Below are positions 23,727-32,142 of a DNA stretch of 32,142 nucleotides, piece by piece. The notes below the pieces were generated by a model. The model saw only the letters and a program-made list of their open reading frames with translations, did no database searches and was not told the DNA's origin. Every line of letters starts with the position of its first letter. The first letter of the stretch is position 1. This DNA comes from Octopus bimaculoides (taxonomy: Eukaryota). The translations under genes were made by a program, and so were the position numbers. The stretch covers positions 93,831,362-93,863,503 of the forward strand of contig NC_068986.1 in NCBI RefSeq assembly GCF_001194135.2. The letters run 5' to 3'.

Positions 23727-23779
23727 AAACATACATACATACATACATACATACATACATACATACATGCGTACATATA

Positions 23780-25371
23780 CACTGCATGTCAAATTATTAG
23801 GCAGCTCAGTTCGTTCGTAATAACAGAGTATTTATTCGTTCGAATCCAGATATTTTCCCACCGTATGATAATAACACCCATCTGCATGTACTGTACCAAA
23901 ATAAATCTGATCCACCCATACTTAAAGAAACGGCGGCCATTTTTGTTAATAGGCATCATTTTTACTCTCCTAAATTATTAGGTAGGTCTAATAAAAATGC
24001 TAATTATGCAAAAATAAACATTTATTTAAGGCGACAATTAGTTTTTAACAACAAATATAATCATAAAGGACTTTATAATGAACATAATAGTAATATATCT
24101 GAATAGAAATAATACAACAAATATGACGTCATAAAGTTCTTATTATGTATGATTCTCTACATGAGAAAACGTCCCTGACGCGTTTATCCATTGAATCTGT
24201 CATGGTAACTATTTCATCTGGTGTGATATTGCCAGCAGCATCCACAATAGCTTCCCAGAGCGCATCTTTCATTGAAAACTGCCGTCCGTCTTGATATATC
24301 TTCCTCTGTAGAACACTCCGTAGATTATCAATCGGGTTTAAGTTGGGTAAACACGCTGGCCACTTCATCAAACGGTATTTAGAGAAGCCTAATTGCTGTA
24401 AGTATTCCAGAGATTTCTTAGCTGCATGGAAGGGCGCATTATCTTGAATGAATATCAGCGTTCTCTTTAATGAAACTTTCTGCTTCTTCAAACATGGCTT
24501 AAAATTGTCCGCCAAAAAGCCAACGTAGGCATTAGATGTAATCTTAATTCCGTCTGGAAGTTTCCAAGGATCAGCCAATTTGTCCCCAATGATGCCAGCC
24601 CAAATCATGACTCCGCCTTCCCTTTGTTAGCGTCTCAAACGATGAGGACGATTTCCGCTAATTGCAGCCCATCCTTTACTCCACCGATCTGGTCCGTCTA
24701 GGGTAGCACGACATTCATCAGTAAAGAGGACTTTTGAAAAATTTACCTTCATGTTGTCTTCTGTCCATTTGACTCTATTTTATTTATGAACAGTCTTCAG
24801 AGGGGACCTTGTAACAGATTTTACGTTCTTGGCTATCTGCTTCAGGAGACGACACCTGGTAGATTTCGAAATGCCTTCTCTACTACAGCATTTAAACACT
24901 TCTCGACTAGTCAGACACGTATCCTTCCCAACTCCCCTCGTTACACGTGCCAGGGTGCGCCTGAAAACAGCTCTCAATTTACTCTTGTCAGCCCTCGGAC
25001 AGCAGAATACTCTACATATTTCTTCACAGTTCGATTATCTCTTCCTAGGACATTTGATATTTCCAAGGAAGATCGTTTTTATTTTCCAAGCTCTAAGACG
25101 ATAGTGAACTTCTAATTTGATATTAAATCACGTTTTTGGCCCATAATAACACTTTTATTGGGCACTTACCTAATAATTTAGGACGGTAAAATCGTTTCTG
25201 TTTCACGAAAATGGCTGCTGTTTGTTTACATCTGCGCGGATCCAAATTATTTTACTATAGCATGCGGAGGCAGATGTTGCCATCATTCAGTGAAAAGATA
25301 TCTGGATTCGAACAAATAAATACTCTGTTATTTCGAAAAAACAGAGGTGCCTAATAATTTGACACGCAGTG
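23780..25371 (-). mobile_element. Tc1-like transposon, about 1.6 kb, TRT (DD37E)-like, long IR/DR terminal repeats, inactivated
   Basis: TA at 23778-23779. Ends CACTGCATGTCAAATTATTAGGCA and GACACGCAGTG are inverted repeats, with similarity continuing for roughly 240 bp. The AAATTATTAGG motif occurs twice in each arm. Confidence 0.9.
24129..25144 (-). pseudogene. Tc1-family transposase pseudogene with 37-residue D-to-E/D spacing
   Basis: Starts MGQKRDLISN*KFTIV; contains FSKVLFTDECRATLDGPDRW, GGVMIWAGI, FIQDNAPFHA and WPACLPNLNPIDNL. There are 37 residues between the second D and the NPI(E/D)NL position, here GAT (D). Several in-frame stops. Confidence 0.88.
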
Positions 25372-25383
25372 TGTATATGCATG

Positions 25384-25447
<64 letters not shown>

Positions 25448-25872
25448 CACACACAAATACAGGCATATATATGTGTGTGTATATGTACATACATGCATAT
25501 ATTTATATACACACACACATAATATATATATATAACATACATATATATATATATACACTCATACATATATAAGTATGTGTATATATATATGCGTGTGTGT
25601 GCGCACATATGTACACATCGTTATCTGTATAGAAATAAATATGTGCGTGTGTGGGTGTGTGAGTCTAAGATTGTGTGAGTGTATGTTTGCATCAACGTAT
25701 ATATGTATGAACATATGTGTGTATATATATGTAAGTATGTATGCATTCTCCCTGCATGTACGTGAGTTGTTATTGCAAAAGTGTATGTATATGAGATGCA
25801 GATAATAGTACACACACACATTCATACATGCACATACGCTACACACACACATATACATACATATATACATAC

Positions 25873-25940
<68 letters not shown>
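25372..25940. repeat. (TA)n/(TG)n/(CATA)n low-complexity tract
   Basis: Direct reading; flanks the TRT-like element. Confidence 0.85.
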
Positions 25941-25942
<2 letters not shown>

Positions 25943-26384
25943 GCACATATAATCGCGAATGTTTACATTATGGTATGCGTATTTGTCTTTGTGTTCTAAG
26001 TATATTTTTGTATGTGTTGAGGTTTAGCCCCACGTCAGCCCTACCCGAAAATACCTATGACCAAAGACCCTCAGTCTGTGACCGTGCTGCTGAACTTTCG
26101 ACATTACTCAAAGCTGTAAAGGAGATTAGAAGGAAATTTTGCTGCTCTTTCTAGCATGAAAACAACCTGTATATAGGCTTATAAGCTTGTGTGTTCATGT
26201 AATAAGTACAGTCTTATAAATATATCTAAGCATTAGTAGTGTTTCTATGCAGTCAGATTATGTATGTGTTAGTAGTTTTGTGTACGGGTGTATGTATGTG
26301 TTAGTAGTTTTGTGTGTGTGTGTGTGTGTGTGCGTGCGTGTGTGTGTGTGTGTGTGTGTGTAGTGTGCGTGCGTGTGTGTGTGA

Positions 26385-26720
26385 AGATCCTGAAGGAGCT
26401 GACACCTAGCTTTGGCATCGAGAGTTATACCAGCCTCCGTAAAGAGTGCCCCTGCATTGTTCCAAAACTCCCACTAATCCTATCTAGAAAGGAAACCATG
26501 TTACTGAAATAACTTGGAATTCAAAGACACGCAGCTATATAATACCTTACCAAAACTCTGACAGAGCTGCTTGGAGTAGACGTTGGGTAGTTGCTTTCAA
26601 GAAACACCTTGACCTTCTGCTGCCTAAGATCCCAGATAAACCCACATCACGACTAGAAACTCAGTCGAAGGCAGCAACTTCAAACTGCAACAGTTACCAA
26701 ATGGCCATTGAAAATATGAT
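26385..26720 (+). mobile_element. CR1/L2-group LINE 3' coding fragment
   Basis: Translates KILKELTPSFGIESYTSLRKECPCIVPKLP, then with frameshifts GIQRHAAI*YLTK...GVDVG*...FKKHLDLLLPKIPDKP, resembling CR1-type C-termini (KILEGL.PN...GP.LFN.LP...FK..LD..L..PD.P). The clade assignment is approximate. Confidence 0.55.
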
Positions 26721-27414
26721 GATACTGGTGACGCTCCAGCGTAGCCACAGTTTTTGGTCTGAAATCTATATATATGTATGTCTGTGTGTATGTGTGTGTG
26801 AGTGGATGCGGGTGTGTATGTATGCATGTATATATAAATGCCCGAAACGGTCATGACGTCTGGTACTTGACTGAAGAAAGAAGTCCACGAATGACCCGTC
26901 TTTTTTTGCCTATCCTTCTGAGTGCTGTTTTTTTCTCGCCTGCCTTTGTATCATCTATCTGTCCGAATGTTTTTATTGTCCCCTGTTGCGTTTTTGTTCC
27001 ATGCACTTAATACGTACGCCTGCGTGCACGCATATATTTATATGTATATACATATAAAGATTCACATCTGTCACTTATAAATAAGTACGGCATGGAAGCA
27101 TGTATCATGCTTTCGTTAATCGATTTAAGTGCCTTTATAGTTGCTAACAAATAAGCACCTTTATGTCTTGCAAGTTCCACAAGATTAAGTGTAGGTGAGT
27201 CCGTAAATGTGCACCATCACTCGATGTTACTAATTTCAACCAAGGAACCGGACCAGTGGGAAATGAAATGAATATTCCTTGTTGCTAAGATTGGGAGCAT
27301 ATTATAACTAAATACTAATAAAGTACTAAATATACCTCTAAAGTTCTATGTTATCGTGTAGGACTAATTTACTTTACTATCCGTAGTTATATAATTTGTT
27401 TTTGATTGCGAATT

Positions 27415-27625
27415 GGTTGAATCGTCAAAATGTTGGATAGATTTTTCTCGAGGTACTTGTTCCGACTCTATAATCTGAGTTCAAACACCCGATAGGTCAA
27501 TGTCCTTTTATGATCTATGAAATAGAATAACACTCAAATAATGGTGGGGTGGCGTTGTCGACATAGACTAAAACCCTTCCCTCAAAATTGTTGTCCTTGG
27601 ACTTTGATCAGAGACAGCTATTTAT
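27415..27625 (+). mobile_element. Family A SINE, very degenerate
   Basis: TCTGAGTTCAAACACCCGATAGGTCAATG...CCCTTCCCTCAAAATTGTTGTCCTTG aligns loosely with family A in the sense orientation. Confidence 0.45.
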
Positions 27626-28585
27626 TAAGGTTCACTCGTAGCTAACAATTCTGGTTTCTGTCCCAACAGCAGATAATTAATGAGCATCAATTAAAGAGTA
27701 TATGTCTAATTATGCACTAATAAAGCACTAAAAAGCACATATAATTATATAGATAATTAGACATTTGTATATAGATGAATTATGCATTACGTCAATTGTA
27801 TTGTGGAAATAATCAAAGCAGTTTGTTTAACGCACGATGGTAGAGCTAACTATTGTTCTGTTGTTTTAAAATGATATTAGAGAAGTGATATTTAAAAGAA
27901 AAAAGTATAAATATAATATATATAAGATTATCAATCTTATGATAAAATTTCGGTATTATAATCGTTGGTGTGGATAACAAATATTCGGAAGATACACGAA
28001 ACGTTTAGCACCCACTTTCTCAGGAAAATTGATGATGATGGATTTCGATAGATAAATCTGATGACTTAAATCTGTCAGAATCAAGACCAATAATGTAAAT
28101 TTCGTTTTTGTATTTGGTTTGCAAGATTCCTGATGTGAATTTGTGTACTGAAGCAGACTTTAATGCATCTCAGGAGAGTTATTATGTCACCAATAAACAC
28201 ATGCACTGGTTATATTTCACTTCCTTTATTCTTTGTGTATTCGTTAACATTTAACCAATCAAATCATCGTCTGTTTGATCGGTCGTTCGGTCACTCAGCT
28301 AGGTTGACCAACGCACTCTCTTTGTCATTTGCGACCTCATCATCAACATGCCTTCTCTGCTCCAGTCTTGCTTTTGGTCTGTCCGGAGCAGACCTGGGAT
28401 TAGAGAAACTATGTCACTGATGAGGCTGTGGATGGCGACGAAAGGACTTCACAAACCTAGCAAATGGATTAATTGACCAAACGATTAATCAAGCAATCAG
28501 CAAGACACAAGTAATAATAATAATAAAAGTTAAACAGACCCAGTCCATTCTTATTATAATGACATTTCCGAAACGCAACACAATG

Positions 28586-29867
28586 TTGGAGTGAGTCAAA
28601 AATTATGCCCACTTTTATTTCGTGACTTACTAAAACAAAAGCAGCGTTTAAACAATTATAACATTTTTCGACATGATCTCCTTGGTTTTCGGTGCACTTT
28701 TTCCAGCGGTCCACACGCTTGCTTATTCAATCGAAGAAGGTTTCTAGCTTGTCGCGTAGCCATTTATGCACCGCTACCGGTCCTTCCAAGTCCGTAGCAA
28801 ATGGACAACCCCATAAATTATGTTTGATCAGTCTAAAGAAGTATTAGTCGGAAAGCACGAGATTTGGTGTGTGTGCAGGATGTTCTGGCAACTCAAAACC
28901 CAATTTTTCAATGGCTTAAACGGTGTGAGCGGCCGTATGTGGGCGTGCATTGCTGTGCAACAATATCATTTGCTTTGACTATAGACCTCAGCGTTTGATG
29001 CGAATTGCTGGTTTCAGTTTGTTGGCCAGCATTTCACAGCAGCCTACATTGGTGACTGTAGACCCCTTTTCCAACTAATGTTTCTGCATCTCCCAAAAGG
29101 GTTAGCATCACTTTTTCGGGGGAAGGTTGAGTCTTGAGTTTCTTTTCTGCTGGTAATTCCAGGTGCTCCCACTCCATACTCTACCTTTAGGACACTTGCT
29201 CAAAGTGATGGATCCAGGTTTCACCGCCTGTGACTACTTTCTCAAAAAAGCTCCTACTTCATCGTTGTTGCGGTCGAGCAAGCGTTGACAGATCACACGA
29301 TTCCGGTTATGCGTTTCGGCAAGCCCTTTTGACACCAATTGCTTATGGACATTACGGAGGAAACGAAGCTTGTTCTGAATGAATTTGTATGCAGAACCAT
29401 GATTAATTTGCAGAGAACATGCCCCCGCATGGAAGGTCATTCGTTAGTTCACCAGAACTATCTCTCGAATTTGTTGAATCTTCACGTCAACGGTGGAGAT
29501 TGATGGACGTCCTGCTCCCTATTCACGCTTATCTGGCCCTTTTTAAACTTATCGAATTAGGCATACACATTTCTACGTTGTAGAGCGCTGTCCTCCGTAT
29601 TATATTCAAAACCTGCGATGAATTTCGTCCCTGGCACACTTTTAGACCAGAGAAATCGGGACACTGATCTGTCCTCCTTGATGCATACTGCCAGTGGAGC
29701 GACCATGTTTGCTCTGTAACACAACAGAAAGAAACTAGAGTGATCAGGGTCAAACCTTTGTTACATAACAACAAGAGTACCAAATTTTAGCATACGAGCG
29801 CTGAAAGCAATGCAGTCAGACTAAAGAACGTTTTGGTAGAAGTATGAACAATTTTGACTTCCCCTCG
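28586..29867 (-). mobile_element. mariner (DD34D) transposon, about 1.28 kb, degenerate
   Basis: Ends GAGTGAGTCAAAAATTAT and AATTTTGACTTCCCCTCG|TA are imperfect TIRs. Translation from ATG 29706: MVAPLAVCIKE...RFLWS...INHGSAY...VVTGGETWIHHFE...LLHSNARPHTAA...EHPAHTPNLVLSD...DRWKKCTENQGDHVEK. The H(D>S)NA to SD spacing is 34. Confidence 0.88.
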
Positions 29868-30194
29868 TATAATGTAAAGGAATCACTTAAATAATTTAAA
29901 CATGCGAGTCAAATAGAAAGAAATCGTTTATGAAATTGAAGGGACATAATTATGCTCCAGTGGTTTGGCTAAGTAATCTTAAATTTATCCAAGTCTATCT
30001 CGCTAATTTACTGTAAAACTGTGGAAGATCTATTGTTATATAAATTTATATAAATACGTAGTATTGTTACATTGATTTATTTATAGATTCTGTTTCTAGA
30101 AGGTTAAAGACCTAAATGCAATCAATATCTCTAACATTTTATAAAACAGTTAACATTCTTTATTGATAGCATAGCATTGGTAAGCATAAAAACA

Positions 30195-30195
30195 A

Positions 30196-30246
<51 letters not shown>

Positions 30247-30265
30247 TATAATAATAATAATAATG

Positions 30266-30333
<68 letters not shown>

Positions 30334-30335
30334 TA
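30195..30335. repeat. (AAT)n microsatellite
   Basis: Direct reading. Confidence 0.95.
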
Positions 30336-31222
30336 ATATATAATAAAAAGAAAATAACGACAAACACAAAATATTTCATCTATAAAAATGGAGAAGGTTA
30401 AAGACCTCCAACAAACCAATATCTCAAATATTAAGTTAATCAGTTAAAAATCGATACTCTCATCGTATTATCGATCGACTAAAAAAAACATATATTAACT
30501 GGGTAAGATTAAAAGGAAATAATTAAATCTGTAGGAGTGATTGGTATTATGTCTGAGCGTTTATGGTAAATTCAGGAATTACTTATTTATATCACGAATC
30601 CATTATTGATTCGGACATCATAATCGTCAATTGATTTCTGTCGGAAGAAATAGAAAATAAAAAATAATAATAAAAAAAAACGATCCCTACCCACGTATTT
30701 CCATCTTGAAGTTATAGGTATAAGTAAATTAAGAAAACTGGGGCTGTGCATATCGAGGTGAAACTGGGGCTGTGCATATCAAATCAGTGCATATCGAGGT
30801 GAGACTTCCAGTGGAGTTTGAAAATCTCATGGTTAACCATATAAAAAATTTCTGTAGTGTATTCTGGTGTAGTTTACTTTTATACCTGTACTTGCAGCAT
30901 CATCCACCCAGGGCTAGTTGAGCCGGCTCCGACCAACGACTTCACTGTGTCCCTAACGGAAGCAGACATATTCAACCGTCGGCCGCAGTGGAAGTTTTAA
31001 ATCCAAGTTGCAAATAATCAATCTGGGAGCAAGAGCGTCGGATAGCGCGGACGACGAAGTTGTAGTCGTCATTCACTGCCGAGGAGTAGAATTCATGTTA
31101 ATTGCTCTATGTTAATTAAAAGTCTAGTCCATGGTTAAGGTATTTTAAATTATTAGTCGTTAGACCAACATAAGCTTTGTTGGTAGTGAGTGTTTTAATA
31201 AGTGTGCTTACAATATGTTTGT

Positions 31223-31609
31223 GGAGGCGCAATGGCCCAGTGGTTAGGGCAGCGGACTCGCGGTCATAGGATCGCGGTTTCGATTCCCAGACCCGGCGTT
31301 ATGAGTGTTTATTGAGCGAAAACACCTAAAGCTCCACGTGGCTTCGGCAGGGGATGGTGGCGAACCCTGCTATACTTTTCCACCACAACTTTCTCTCGCT
31401 CTTTCTTCCTGTTTCTGTTGTACCTGTAATTCAAAGGGTCAGCCTTGTCACACTGTGTCACGCTGAATATTCCCGAGAACTACGTTAAGGGTACACGTGT
31501 CTGTGGAGTGCTCAGCCGCTTGCACGTTAATTTCACGAGCAGGCTGTTCCGTTGATCGGATCGACTGGAGCCCTCGACGTCGTAAGCGACGGAGTGCCAA
31601 CAACATCAA
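31223..31609 (+). mobile_element. tRNA-derived SINE, family D, full length with target-site duplication
   Basis: A-box TGGCCCAGTGG (31233-31243), B-box-like GGTTTCGATTCC (31276-31287), (CAA)n-like tail. TSD ACAATATGTTTGT (31210-31222) versus ACAATATGTTCAT (31610-31622). Confidence 0.88.
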
Positions 31610-31835
31610 ACAATATGTTCATACAATATATACGTTTATACAATGTTTTTGATTAAGCAGTTCGAGTTCAGGTGATTCACTTCAGGGAACAGATAAACAA
31701 ATCTGCGTACGCAGAAGTGCAACAAATTTACCAGTTTAGGAATCTTTGTGCAACGTATTTTGTAGTACTCTATGTATTTTTGATATATGGTTATTAAAAG
31801 TCACTTATTTTATCAAAATGTATTTAATTAGTGCG

Positions 31836-31915
31836 ATCTTAAAACGTGGACTAAAATCTTAAAACGTGGACTAAAATCTTAAAACGTGGACTAAACTTTT
31901 AAAACGTGGACAAAA
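31836..31915. repeat. 20-bp minisatellite (ATCTTAAAACGTGGACTAAA) x4
   Basis: Three perfect units and a fourth with substitutions. Confidence 0.95.
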
Positions 31916-31979
31916 CTCAGAGATACAAGTTTATTTTTAAATGTATGATCATGGTTGTATAAATAGTGATAAGAAGACT

Positions 31980-32030
31980 GTGCCCCAGCATGGCCGCAGT
32001 CTAATGTATGAAACAAGTAAAAGGTAAAAT
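31980..32030 (+). mobile_element. Family B SINE extreme 3' fragment
   Basis: CCAGCATGGCCGCAGTCTAATGTATGAAACAAGTAAAAG is the reverse complement of 2055-2100. Confidence 0.6.
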
Positions 32031-32142
32031 ATAGGCTACAAATAACGGATGAGCACATAATGATTTTAATTAAATATGGTGGGTTCGAATTTTAGGGATA
32101 GGAGCATAAGAAGTATATATATATATATATATATATATATAT

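Noticed and set aside
28098-28255. Plus-strand stop-to-stop frame (IPDVNLCTEADFNASQESYYVTNKHMHWLYFTSFILCVFVNI*) resembling a terminal exon with a hydrophobic tail
   Set aside because: Short, weak AAG acceptor, no recognisable homology, and T-rich DNA readily yields hydrophobic peptides.
31223-31295. Possible tRNA gene
   Set aside because: A and B boxes are present but there is no proper acceptor or anticodon stem; it continues into a SINE body with tail and TSD.

Overview
Eukaryotic (animal), AT-rich, repeat-dense non-coding DNA with eight N-gaps. The SINE families and microsatellite load resemble an Octopus-type cephalopod draft genome; this is recognition-based inference, not a database result. 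I found no intact cellular protein-coding gene, rRNA, true tRNA or CRISPR array. Almost all long ORFs in the supplied track are microsatellite or N-gap artefacts. The interpretable content is degenerate mobile DNA. There are four near-full-length Tc1/mariner elements from four clades: DD36E (Incomer-like), maT-like, D37-spaced TRT-like with long IR/DR ends, and DD34D mariner. There are also an hAT-like MITE, several R4/Dong-like LINE fragments (mostly abutting (TAA)n), an RTE-like and a CR1-like LINE 3' fragment, and about four tRNA-derived SINE families, several nested. The most notable observations are the DD36E and TRT-like transposons (possible horizontal-transfer lineages), microsatellite-targeted nesting, a Dong/RTE LINE chimera, a foldback microsatellite hairpin, and a weak candidate first exon near 30.9 kb. 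I see no strong evidence for a new biological system.
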